In this document: piece by piece, positions 9,388 to 17,986 of the stretch
Numbering within the stretch: position 1 is the stretch's first letter
Layout of the letters: each line of letters opens with the position of its first letter
From: an uncultured delta proteobacterium
Lineage (GTDB): Bacteria; Myxococcota_A; Polyangia; Fen-1088
Length of the DNA stretch: 64,000 nucleotides
NCBI GenBank assembly: GCA_963767925.1
Contig: CAVYGB010000010.1
Coordinates: 896,001 to 960,000, forward strand
Direction of reading: 5' to 3'
The notes under the pieces: model-generated
What the model was told of the DNA's origin: nothing
Seen by the model: the letters and a program-made list of their open reading frames with translations, nothing else
Databases searched by the model: none
Position numbers and translations under genes: made by a program

Positions 9388-10902
9388 GTGGCGGCGCGGC
9401 CCGCGATCGCGATCTTCGGAGCCGCGATCGCGGCGGCCGCCCTCGCGGAAGCGGCCGGCACGGCCGGCCCGGTGACGGCGCTGGCGCCGGAGCCGCCCGG
9501 GGCCCGGGCCCGGCGAGCGACCCCGGGAGCCACGGCGGCCTGTGCCCGGGGGCCCTGCGCGAGCCCCTCGGCGATCGCCTTCCTGACGGGCGGTGGCGGT
9601 GGCGCGGGCGGGGGGGCGCTGGCGGTGACAAACTTCGGGCTGGTGCAGGCCGAGGGGGGCGGCGGCTGGAGCTACGTGTGCGACGACGTATACGGCACGC
9701 CCCGGCCGGAGCTGGTGCGGGGCGACGGGCGGGGGCGGCTGTTCGCGGCGGGCAGCTCGACGGGGCTGCTCGGGTCGGCCGACGGCTGCGCCTGGTCGGC
9801 GGCGGCGGGCGCGGTGGCGGAGCGGGAGGTGCTCGACCTGGCCTTCGACGGGACGCCGGGGCGGGTCTGGGCGCTGGCGGGCGCGCCCGGCGTGGCCGAG
9901 CGGGTGCTGGCCCGCTCCGACGACGGCGGCGCAAGCTTCGCGATGGTCCACGCCTTCGCCGACGGCCTGGCCTACGCCCGGCTGCTGGTGGCGCCCTCCG
10001 ACAGCCGCCGGCTCTACCTGGCGGGGCGCGGCCAGGGTGCTGCCGGTGTGTCGGTGCCGCTGGCCCGCTCCGACGACGGTGGCGCCACCTGGACCACCCG
10101 CGACCTGGCGGCGGGGCGGCCGGCGCCGCTGGAGAACCCGCTTGTGTTGCTGGCGGTGGCGCCCGACGATCCCGACCGGCTGTTCTTCAGCCTGGTGGAC
10201 GCCCTCGGCGACGAGATCTGGCTCAGCGACGACGGCGGCCGGTCGGTGCGGCGGGTCCTCGAGGGGGGGCCCCGCGACTGGATGACCGGGCTGGCCTTCG
10301 GGCCGGACGGTAGGACGGTGTACGCCGCGGCGGCGGTGATCCCGGTGATCGACGGCGAGTCGCCGGGGCACCTCTTCGTCTCCCGCGACCGCGGCGAGAG
10401 CTGGGCCGCCCCCATCCTGTCGGCCGCCACCGGCCCCAGCTACCGCTGCCTGGAGGCGAGCGGCGGCACGCTGTACGCCTGCGACCTCGGCGGTCCGACC
10501 GGTGGGGCCTTCCTGGTCGGCGCGTCGAGCGACGAGGGCCGGACCTGGCAACCGGTGGTGCAGCTCCGCGAGCTCGCCGGAGCGAAGCGCTGCGTGCGCG
10601 CCGCCTGCGCGGCGACCGAGGCCTGGCTGTGTGACAGCTACGGCCGCTGCCCTGACGAGGGCGACGCCGGCGCCCCGGGCTCCGACGCCGCCCGCGATCC
10701 CGCGGACGCGGGCCGGGACGACGGGCCGACCGAGGGGGGAGCGGGGGCCTGCGCCGGCGACACCTGCCCGCGCGCCGGCGGCTGTGCGTGCAAGCTGAGC
10801 CGGGCCGGCGGCGCGGACCGCGCCCCGCTCGCGCCGGGAGTGTTCGCCGCCCTGGCGCTGGCCGCATTTGCGAGCCGGCGCCGCCGCCAGTTGCGCAAAT
10901 AA
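9388..10902 (+). CDS. BNR/Asp-box repeat beta-propeller protein with MYXO-CTERM sorting tail
   Basis: Five SxDxGxxW/F-like boxes (SDDGGASF, SDDGGATW, SDDGGRSV, SRDRGESW, SSDEGRTW). C-terminal 'GGCAC...ALALAAFASRRRR'. GTG start inferred just after the upstream stop. Confidence 0.8.
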   Translation: MAARPAIAIFGAAIAAAALAEAAGTAGPVTALAPEPPGARARRATPGATAACARGPCASPSAIAFLTGGGGGAGGGALAVTNFGLVQAEGGGGWSYVCDDVYGTPRPELVRGDGRGRLFAAGSSTGLLGSADGCAWSAAAGAVAEREVLDLAFDGTPGRVWALAGAPGVAERVLARSDDGGASFAMVHAFADGLAYARLLVAPSDSRRLYLAGRGQGAAGVSVPLARSDDGGATWTTRDLAAGRPAPLENPLVLLAVAPDDPDRLFFSLVDALGDEIWLSDDGGRSVRRVLEGGPRDWMTGLAFGPDGRTVYAAAAVIPVIDGESPGHLFVSRDRGESWAAPILSAATGPSYRCLEASGGTLYACDLGGPTGGAFLVGASSDEGRTWQPVVQLRELAGAKRCVRAACAATEAWLCDSYGRCPDEGDAGAPGSDAARDPADAGRDDGPTEGGAGACAGDTCPRAGGCACKLSRAGGADRAPLAPGVFAALALAAFASRRRRQLRK

Positions 10903-10940
10903 CACCAATCCGCATTGCGGAGTGGGTCGTTGCGGCCGGG

Positions 10941-10955
10941 TGGCGCGGGCAATGC
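10941..10955 (+). promoter_or_regulatory. Possible sigma54 -24/-12 promoter of the PII-like gene
   Basis: TGGCGCG-GGCA-ATGC fits TGGCACG-N4-TTGC with exact GG-N10-GC spacing, ~95 nt upstream of ATG 11051. Such matches can arise by chance in GC-rich DNA. Confidence 0.3.
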
Positions 10956-11050
10956 GCAGGTTGCGGGCCGGTTAATTCACGAAGGGGAGAAGGACCGGAG
11001 CGACCGGAGGGCCGCCGAGCGCGGGCCGGCCGTGGTACGCTTTGGTTGGC

Positions 11051-11386
11051 ATGAAGAGCGTGGAGGCCTGGATAACGCCGGCGAGGTTGGAGGATGTGAC
11101 GGAGCGGTTGCGGTTGATCGGCGTGCCCGGCGTGACCGTGCAGGCCGTGAAGGATCCCAGCGGTCCTCCCCGGGTCGAGAGCTACCGCGGCGCGGTCCTC
11201 ACCACCAGCCTGCACCCCCGCATCCGCATGCAGATCGTGGTGCCCGACGAGATGGCCGAGTCGGTGATCAACGCGCTGACCACCGTGATCCGCCGGGAAG
11301 CCGAGGACGACGGCTGGATCTTCGTCGCTCCTCTCGACGACGTCATCCGCATCCGCACCGGCGAACACGGCTCCGACGCCCTCTGA
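11051..11386 (+). CDS. P-II family protein, degenerate (GlnB/GlnK-like)
   Basis: 111 aa; 'MKSVEAWITP..L.DV...L...G..G.TV', 'YRGA', 'DG.IF', 'VIRIRTGE'. Effector-binding residues are altered (see findings). Confidence 0.88.
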   Translation: MKSVEAWITPARLEDVTERLRLIGVPGVTVQAVKDPSGPPRVESYRGAVLTTSLHPRIRMQIVVPDEMAESVINALTTVIRREAEDDGWIFVAPLDDVIRIRTGEHGSDAL

Positions 11387-11411
11387 ACCGACGTTTCCCC
11401 CGGGCCGGCCA

Positions 11412-11460
11412 GACCCCTCACCCTCCCCTCTCCCCGCGGCGGACCGCGGGGCGAGGGCAA
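11412..11460. repeat. REP-like palindromic element, copy 1
   Basis: GACCCCTCACCCTCCCCTCTCCCCGCGG-CGGA-CCGCGGGGCGAGGGCAA; near-identical to 32926-32975. Confidence 0.8.
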
Positions 11461-11488
11461 TCACCTTCTGGAGGCAAGAATCCAGGCT

Positions 11489-11557
11489 GGCCCGCCCACC
11501 CCGGAAACGGGGCGGGCCCGTCGCGCGGGCTCCCGGGGGAGGCGCGCGGCGGGCCCG
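11489..11557. terminator. GC-rich hairpins between the convergent PII-like gene and amtB
   Basis: GGCCCGCCC...GGGCGGGCC and CGGGCCCGTCGCGCG...CGCGCGGCGGGCCCG inverted repeats. Confidence 0.5.
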
Positions 11558-11578
11558 GATTTCAGACGGAAGTGGGGC

Positions 11579-13084
11579 TCAGTATTTGGGGGTGGCGGCG
11601 GGCTGGAACACCGGCGCGGCAGCGGGCATCGATGCCTCGGTGCTCACGTGGCCCATCTCGTCGTCGTGGTACCCGGCCTCGCCGTGCTCGGCGTCGTCCA
11701 GACCCTGCTCCTCGACCGGCTTGGAGGCGCGCAGCCCGATGACTGCCTTGATGACGAGGGCGATGACCGAGGTGCCCACGATGGCCAGGGCCAGCGTGAG
11801 GCCGATCGCCTTGAGCTGCTCGATCCAGAGGGTCTTGCCCACCAGCCCGCTGAGGTTGGTGTTGAGGTTGGCGTTGATCGTCGGGCGAGGCGTAAAAGCC
11901 GGTCAACAAGGCGCCGAGGGTGCCGCCCACGCCGTGCACGCCGAAGGTGTCGAGCGCGTCGTCGTACTTCAGCCAGGCCTTCAGCTTGGTGCAGGCGAAG
12001 AAGGGGACCACGCCGGCCAGCACGCCGATGATGACGGCGCTGCCCGGGCTGACGAAGCCGGCGCCCGGCGTGATGACGACGAGCCCGCCGACCGCACCCG
12101 AGCAGAAGCCGAGCACCGTGGGCTTGCCCCGGGTGATCCACTCGAGCAGCGGCCAGACACCGGCGGCCACCGCGGCGGCCAGGGTGGTGGAGGTGAAGGC
12201 GGTGGCGGCGACCCCGTCGGCGGCGACGGCGCTGCCGGCGTTGAAGCCGTACCAGCCCACCCACAACATGCCGGTGCCGACCATGGTCAGCGTGAGGCTG
12301 TGGGGCAGGAAGGCCCGCTGGCCGAAGCCGGTCCGCTTGCCGAGGATGAGGCAGAGGACGAGCGCCGACCAGCCGGAGGACATGTGCACGACGGTGCCGC
12401 CGGCGAAGTCGATGGCCTTGATCCCGGCCTTGGCGTTCCAGACGCCGTTCATGAAGCCGTCGATGCCCCACACCATGTGGGCCAGCGGGCAGGTAGACGA
12501 CGAACATCCAGGCCACGACGAAGGCCATCACGGCCGAGAACTTCATGCGCTCGGCGATGGCGCCGACGATCAGGGCGGGCGTGATGATGGCGAACATCAT
12601 CTGGAACATCGCGAAGACGTTCTGCGACACCCAGTACGAGTAGTCGGTGTTGGGCGCCGACCCGACCCCCGCCAGGAGGGCGAACTTGGTGCCGCCCAGG
12701 AAGGGGGTACCGGCCGAGAAGGCGAAGCTGTAGCCGATGGCCCACCAGATCACCGTGACCACGCGCGGCGCAGCCGAAACACTGGGCCAGCACCGACAGC
12801 ACGTTCTTGCGGCGGACGAGACCGCCGTAGAACAGGGCCAGGCCCGGCAAGGTCATGAACAGCACCAGGGCGGTACAGGTCATCATCCAGCCGTTGTGCC
12901 CGGGACCCGAGGTGGCCAGCACCTTCGGCGCGCCGTTGTTCACGTAAGCTTCCAGATCGGCGACCCGGGTCGCCAGATCCGGGGGAGCGGCCGTCTCGGT
13001 CTGCGCCTGTGCGACCGCCGCGACGGTCAAGGTCATGAACAGCGCCAGAATTCCGGCTGCCCTAAGCTTCTTGGTGTCCAGCAT
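11579..13084 (-). CDS. amtB: Ammonium transporter AmtB, split by three +1 frameshifts (probable sequencing errors, otherwise a pseudogene)
   Basis: 'LVLFMTLPGLALFYGGLVRRKNVLS', 'FQMMFAIITPALIVGAIAER', 'DFAGGTVVH', 'LWVGWYGFNAGS', 'DDALDTFGVHGVGG', spread over four ORF segments. Shifts at ~12763, ~12489 and ~11884. Confidence 0.92.
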
Positions 13085-13284
13085 GTTTCTTTTCCCCTTT
13101 GGTCGTGATGGCTCTTTGTCTGACCTGGAGCCCTCGGAGGTCTCCGCTCGCGCCGAGGTTCCAGCGGCAAAGCCGCCTACGTCTCCGCGCGATCAGCCGG
13201 CCGGACAGCGTCCAGCTACCGTTCGGAAGGTACTCAATGCTCAAAGGCCGGGTAAAGATCACAACCGCGCACCCGGTTCGATTT

Positions 13285-13300
13285 AGCAACCCGGGTACCT
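13285..13300 (-). promoter_or_regulatory. Probable sigma54 promoter for amtB
   Basis: Minus strand AGGTAC-CCGGG-TTGCT matches TGGCAC-N5-TTGCT with exact spacing and faces amtB, a typical sigma54/Ntr target. Confidence 0.55.
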
Positions 13301-13350
13301 TCAAGAAACGGCCGCGAAACATGCGTCACGACGGGCCATAATCGGGTCAA

Positions 13351-14109
13351 ATGTCGAACACCCACGACCGCGCCACGCCGGTGACGCCCCTGCATTCTCG
13401 GCACACGCCGCTGCTGGTGATGGAGATCTATCGCTCGGTGCAGGGCGAGGGAACGTTGATGGGCGTGAGCACGACCTTCGTCCGCTTCTTCGCCTGCAAC
13501 CTGCGCTGCTCGTGGTGCGACACGAAACACTCCTGGAGCCTGCGCGAGGGCGGCTCGTACCGGGAGATGACCCCGCCCGAGGTGTTGAACGAAGTTCGAG
13601 CGCTGGGCGCCCGCCACGTCGTGCTCACGGGCGGGGAGCCCTGCCTGCAGCGCGATCTCGCTGAGCTGGCCCGGCTGCTGGCGGAGGGCGGGGACCACGT
13701 CACGGTGGAGACGGCGGCCACCATCTTCCCCCCGGCCGCCGTCCCCCACGTGCGGCTGTGGAGCCTGTCTCCGAAGCTGCCGAGCGCGGGGGCGAACTAC
13801 CTGCGCCACCCGATCATCGAGCGCTTCCTGCAGGAGGTCCCCCTCGAGCGCATGCAGTGGAAGTTCGTGGTCCGCGACGACGCCGACGAGGCCGCCTTGC
13901 GCGGGTTGATCGAGCGCTACCCGGCCTTCCGCCAGGCCCAGGTCCCCATCCTCCTGCAGCCCGAGTCGGGGAGCGCGACAACCGCCGGCTACCCGGCCGC
14001 GCTGGAGGCGCTGGTGAACCGGATCCGCGATCCCTTCTGGGACCGCTACCACGTGCGGGTGCTGCCCCAGATGCACTTTCTCATCTGGGGATCGCGCCGT
14101 CTGGTGTGA
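13351..14109 (+). CDS. queE: 7-carboxy-7-deazaguanine synthase (radical SAM)
   Basis: 'EIYRSVQGEG', 'FVRFFACNLRCSWCDT', 'VVLTGGEP', 'VET', 'SLSPKL', 'RVLPQMH'. Confidence 0.88.
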   Translation: MSNTHDRATPVTPLHSRHTPLLVMEIYRSVQGEGTLMGVSTTFVRFFACNLRCSWCDTKHSWSLREGGSYREMTPPEVLNEVRALGARHVVLTGGEPCLQRDLAELARLLAEGGDHVTVETAATIFPPAAVPHVRLWSLSPKLPSAGANYLRHPIIERFLQEVPLERMQWKFVVRDDADEAALRGLIERYPAFRQAQVPILLQPESGSATTAGYPAALEALVNRIRDPFWDRYHVRVLPQMHFLIWGSRRLV

Positions 14110-14198
14110 GCCAGGGGGGTCACCGGCCGCCGGGCGCACCTCACCAGACTGGTCGGCGTTTTCGCTGGCTTTGCTGGGGTTTGTATGACATTTGATCC

Positions 14199-14284
14199 GG
14201 CGGTCCCGGGCGACGGAACGTTGGCGAAACCCGCCAGGCCCGGAAGGGAGCAACGGTAACCATCCGACCGGGTGCCTGGGACCG
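14199..14284 (+). ncRNA. ffs: Signal recognition particle RNA (small SRP, 4.5S)
   Basis: Domain IV core CCGCCAGGCCCGGAAGGGAGCAACGG, closing stem CGGTCCCGGGC/GCCTGGGACCG, followed by a T-rich tract at 14285-14295. Confidence 0.93.
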
Positions 14285-14337
14285 TTTCTTTTTTTCCATT
14301 GTCTCGAGAGCCCATCCACCCCACCAGGTCCGGCCCC

Positions 14338-14724
14338 ATGGCAGACGTGGTCTACTTCGCCCGCGACATGGTCTTCACCTCGAAGATCCGGGAGGTGGCG
14401 CGTCAGGTGGGTGTGGGTGTCGCGCCGGCGCGCGACCCTGCCGCCCTGGCCGCCGCCGCGGCGGGGGCCCGGCTGGTCATCGTCGATCTCCGCCTGCCCG
14501 AGGCCCTGGCCGCCCTGACCGCCCTGCGGGCGGATCCGGCCTGCGCGGGGGTGGCGACGGTCGGCTTCATCGACCACGAAAAGGTCGAGGTGATGGACGC
14601 GGCCCGGGCCGCCGGCTGCGGTGAAGTCCTGACCAAGGGACAGTTCTCCCACGCGCTGCCCAAGCTCCTGGCCCGGCTGGCCCCACCCGGCCCGCCGGCG
14701 GCCCCCACCACCCCCGAAGCCTGA
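14338..14724 (+). CDS. Atypical single-domain response-regulator receiver-like protein
   Basis: CheY-like pattern 'LVIVDL..P', 'VGFIDH', 'AARAAGC..VLTK'. Confidence 0.7.
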   Translation: MADVVYFARDMVFTSKIREVARQVGVGVAPARDPAALAAAAAGARLVIVDLRLPEALAALTALRADPACAGVATVGFIDHEKVEVMDAARAAGCGEVLTKGQFSHALPKLLARLAPPGPPAAPTTPEA

Positions 14725-14776
14725 CGCGGCGACCGCGCGCCGCGCGAGATGCTAAGATCCGAAGGAGACAAGTCCG

Positions 14777-15049
14777 ATGCCGAAGATGGTCAAGTGCGTG
14801 AAGCTCGGGCAGGAGCTCCCGGGAATGTCTTACAAGCCTTTCAACAACGATCTCGGACAGCGCATCTTCGAGAACGTCTCGCAGCAGGCCTGGATGATGT
14901 GGGTCGAGTTTTCCAAGAAGATCGTGAACGAATACCGCCTCGATCTGACCTCGCCCAACGGGCAGAGCGTCCTGCTCGAGCAAGCGGATCGCTTCTTCTT
15001 CGGCGACGGCGGCCAGCAGCCGGCGGAGTTCGTGCCCGAGAAGACCTGA
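14777..15049 (+). CDS. yggX: Fe(II)-trafficking / oxidative damage protection protein
   Basis: 'MVKCVKLGQE..G....P....LGQRIFENVSQQAW..W......NEYRLDL'. SD AAGGAG. Confidence 0.92.
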   Translation: MPKMVKCVKLGQELPGMSYKPFNNDLGQRIFENVSQQAWMMWVEFSKKIVNEYRLDLTSPNGQSVLLEQADRFFFGDGGQQPAEFVPEKT

Positions 15050-15071
15050 GGACAGCCCGAGCGCAGCGAGC

Positions 15072-15893
15072 ATGTCCGACGACCGCCGCAGGACGATCAC
15101 CAGCGGGTCCTCCTTCTTCAAGGAGACCGCCCCTGATCGGCGGCCCACGGTCGTGCCCGGCGCAGACCGCGAGCTGGCCCCCCGGGCGGCTCGCTCGGCC
15201 GTGGTGGTACCCGTGCGCTTCAAATACGAGAGCATCATCGACTTCGTCGAGACCCAGTCGATGAACGTCAGCCGGACCGGCATGTTCATCACCTCGGCCG
15301 AGCCCACCGCCATCGGCACCCAGCTCGACTTCGAGGTGGCGCTGGCCGATGGCTTCCTGCTGCTCAAGGGCAAGGCGGAGGTGGCCCGGGTCAGCCAGAC
15401 CCCCCGGGGCCTCGGCGTGAAGTTCGTGCAGCTCGACGCCGCCAGCCAGAAGCTCATCACCCGCATCGTCGAGGTCAACACCCTCGAGGGGCGCAAGCCG
15501 ACCGTGCCGATGGACTTCGCCCCGCTCGAGGCGGGCCCCCCCCGCACGATGAGCTTTCCGGGCGCCCAGACCGCCATGGGGGGGGTCGTGTGGCGGGAGC
15601 AGGAGGTGGTCATCCAGCTCAACCCGGTCACGGTGAGCTACTTCGTCTACAACCCGCTGCTCAACATCCGGCTGGGGGGCTTCGTGGTGCCGGCCGAGCG
15701 CGAGGTCCCCCTCGGCACCATGTTCAGCGTGTCGATCTCCACCCCTTCGGGCGAGAGCCTGTTTTCCGGCAAGGGCAAGGTCGTCGCCAAGCACGAGAAG
15801 CGTCTCGGCATCCGCCTCGTCGACGTCGAGAAGCCCGTCCTCACCCGCCTGCAGGCGGAGGTGAGCCGGCTGGTCCCCAGCACCAGCAAGTAA
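15072..15893 (+). CDS. Tandem PilZ-like domain protein (myxobacterial TIGR02266-like)
   Basis: 'PVRFKYESIIDFVETQSMNVSRTGMFI...GLGVKF' and a second copy 'NIRLGGFVV...LGIRL'. Confidence 0.75.
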   Translation: MSDDRRRTITSGSSFFKETAPDRRPTVVPGADRELAPRAARSAVVVPVRFKYESIIDFVETQSMNVSRTGMFITSAEPTAIGTQLDFEVALADGFLLLKGKAEVARVSQTPRGLGVKFVQLDAASQKLITRIVEVNTLEGRKPTVPMDFAPLEAGPPRTMSFPGAQTAMGGVVWREQEVVIQLNPVTVSYFVYNPLLNIRLGGFVVPAEREVPLGTMFSVSISTPSGESLFSGKGKVVAKHEKRLGIRLVDVEKPVLTRLQAEVSRLVPSTSK

Positions 15894-15957
15894 GCCCAGC
15901 AAGTAGCGTCCATCGGCCGCGGATCGCCGCGCGCGGGATGGTATCCTGCGCCCGACC

Positions 15958-16956
15958 ATGGCGAGCAAGAAGGACCAAGAAGCGGGCACGGATGCGGCCC
16001 AGGAGGCCGCGGCCACGCGGCTGTCGGCCACCGGACGCAACGACGTGTGCCCGTGTGGGTCGGGCAAGAAGTACAAGAAGTGCCACCTGCAGGCCGACGA
16101 GGCGGCGGCCACCCCCCCGGCCGGCCCGCCCGATCCCCTCGAGCGGGTGCAGGCCGGCTGGCGGATGTTCGAGCAGCGGCGGCCCGGGGCGGCCGAGAAG
16201 GAGTTCCGGGCGGCGCTGGCCCTCCAGCCGGGCCTGGCCGAGGCGGAGGTAGGGGTGGGGCTGGCCCGGCTGTCGTCGGGTGACCAGGCGGGCGCCCGCG
16301 AGGCGCTGTCCTCGGTGGTCAAGGGGGGCGAAGCGGTGCTGGCCGGGCTCCGCAAGGAGGGCGTCACCGACGCCTTCTCCCGCAAGGAGGCCCAGCCTGT
16401 CGTGCGGGCCTGCCACGCCCTCGGCTGTCTGGCGGTCGATCAGGAGCGCTTCGACGACGCCCTGGTGGACCTCGAGCGGGTGTACGCCGTCGACAACGGG
16501 CCGGTGGGGACGGAGGCCCGCCTGGTGGCGGGCAAGACCCTCATCAAGCTCGCGCGCCACGCCGACGCCGTCCCCCTGTTCGAGGAGGCGGCCCGCTCGG
16601 CGAGCGGTCCGGGGCGGGCCAACATGGGCCTCACCCTGGCCCACCTGCTGGCCGGCAACCAGGCCGCTGCCGCCGCCGCGCTCGACGAGGCGCTGGAGGC
16701 CAACCCCTTCTTCGCCAAGGCGGTGCTGGGGCAGATCCGCAAGCAGGTGGACAACCCCCTGGCGGCCTCGCCGGGCACCCGGGAAGAGGCGGCGCTGTAT
16801 GCGCAGACCTACGGCGATGTGTGGGACGACGCCGCCCGCGACAAGCTGGTCGCCCTCCTCGACGACCGCGACGCCGGCCGCCCGGCCGGTTCCGGCGAGG
16901 CACCAGCCGAAGCGCCCGCTGGCGCTCCGACCCCGGATCAGCCGAGCTCGACCTGA
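15958..16956 (+). CDS. SEC-C zinc motif + TPR protein
   Basis: 'GRNDVCPCGSGKKYKKCH' followed by TPR-like helical repeats. Confidence 0.85.
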   Translation: MASKKDQEAGTDAAQEAAATRLSATGRNDVCPCGSGKKYKKCHLQADEAAATPPAGPPDPLERVQAGWRMFEQRRPGAAEKEFRAALALQPGLAEAEVGVGLARLSSGDQAGAREALSSVVKGGEAVLAGLRKEGVTDAFSRKEAQPVVRACHALGCLAVDQERFDDALVDLERVYAVDNGPVGTEARLVAGKTLIKLARHADAVPLFEEAARSASGPGRANMGLTLAHLLAGNQAAAAAALDEALEANPFFAKAVLGQIRKQVDNPLAASPGTREEAALYAQTYGDVWDDAARDKLVALLDDRDAGRPAGSGEAPAEAPAGAPTPDQPSST

Positions 16957-17063
16957 TCTGCGCTGCCGTTCCGATGACGGGCAGTGACAATCCGCTGGTT
17001 TTGAGGGAAAATAGGGCTGGGCGGCGGTCCGCGAAGCCGTTCGCGGACGCCCCCCAGAGGACC

Positions 17064-17441
17064 ATGCCCCCCAGCCAGCCCAGCCAACCAAACCCCCGCG
17101 ACCGCCGCGCGTCCCGCCGGAACCCGGTTCAGGTCAAGCTGTCCGTGTCGGACATGCGGGGCAGCTTCGTCGCCCGCACGGTCGACGTCAGCAGGGGCGG
17201 CCTGTTCGCGGCGACGAGCGAGATCCGGGCGGTGGGCTCGCTGCTGCGGATGCGGGTCGTCGGTCCCCGGGGCGAGTCGGTGCTCGCCGTCGGCGTGGTG
17301 GTCCGCTGCTTCGAGAACGTCGAGACGCAGGGGGATGGTCCCGGGTCGCCCGGGATGGCCATCGCCCTGACCTCGACCAGCGAGGCCTGGGACCGCTTCT
17401 GGGACGACGTCAACGCGACCGACGACGAGGGCGATTCTTGA
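17064..17441 (+). CDS. PilZ domain protein (candidate c-di-GMP effector)
   Basis: RxxxR-like 'RRASRR' and 'DVSRGGLF' (DxSxxG). Confidence 0.78.
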   Translation: MPPSQPSQPNPRDRRASRRNPVQVKLSVSDMRGSFVARTVDVSRGGLFAATSEIRAVGSLLRMRVVGPRGESVLAVGVVVRCFENVETQGDGPGSPGMAIALTSTSEAWDRFWDDVNATDDEGDS

Positions 17442-17869
17442 GCGCGGGGGGCGGCGCGCGCTTCCCGGTCTCCTCCGAGAAAGCCGCCGCCCTGGAGCGG
17501 CGGCTCGCGGGGCTGGGCATCCGGGAGCAGGACCTGCAAGAGAGCTTCGTCGCCTCGGGCGGCAAGGGCGGTCAGAACGTCAACAAGGTGGCCACCTGTG
17601 TGGTCCTCCTGCACGGCCCCTCGGGCACCCAGATCAAGTGCCAGAAGGCCCGCACCCAGGGACTGAACCGCTACCTCGCGCGCCAGCTCCTCGCCGACCG
17701 GATCGAGAGCGCCAAGCTCGGCGCAAAGGCGGCCCGCGAGCAGGAGATGGAGAAGATCCGCCGGCAGAAGCGGCGCCGCTCGCGCCGGGCCAAGGCCAGG
17801 ATGCTCGACGACAAGAACGCCGTCGGCAAGAAGAAGGCCCTCCGCGCCTCCCCCCGCCGCGACGACTGA
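17438..17869 (+). CDS. Peptide chain release factor-like GGQ protein (ArfB/MTRFR-like ribosome rescue)
   Basis: 'ESFVASGGKGGQNVNKVATCVVLLHGPSG', RF-1 domain only, highly basic C-terminal tail. Confidence 0.88.
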   Translation: MSAGGGARFPVSSEKAAALERRLAGLGIREQDLQESFVASGGKGGQNVNKVATCVVLLHGPSGTQIKCQKARTQGLNRYLARQLLADRIESAKLGAKAAREQEMEKIRRQKRRRSRRAKARMLDDKNAVGKKKALRASPRRDD

Positions 17870-17943
17870 CGGGCGCCGGGCGGAGCGGGCGCGCGGGACC
17901 CTCCCTCACGGCACCGAACGATTCGATCCGCGAACGCCGGAGG

Positions 17944-17974
17944 CCCTTCACCTCTCTGCCGCGGGGCGAGGGCG
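17944..17974. repeat. REP-like element, shortened copy
   Basis: CCCTTCACCTCTCTG-CCGCGGGGCGAGGGCG shares the right arm CCGCGGGGCGAGGGC with the other two copies. Confidence 0.5.
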
Positions 17975-17986
17975 AACGGACAGCGG

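Noticed and set aside
11579..13084. Programmed ribosomal frameshifting in amtB
   Set aside because: No slippery heptamers, and three independent shifts would be needed. Homopolymer sequencing error is simpler.
13351..14109. queE as part of a 7-deazaguanine DNA-modification (dpd) defence island
   Set aside because: No dpdA/tgt-like, queC, queD or folE neighbours. The context next to ffs is housekeeping.
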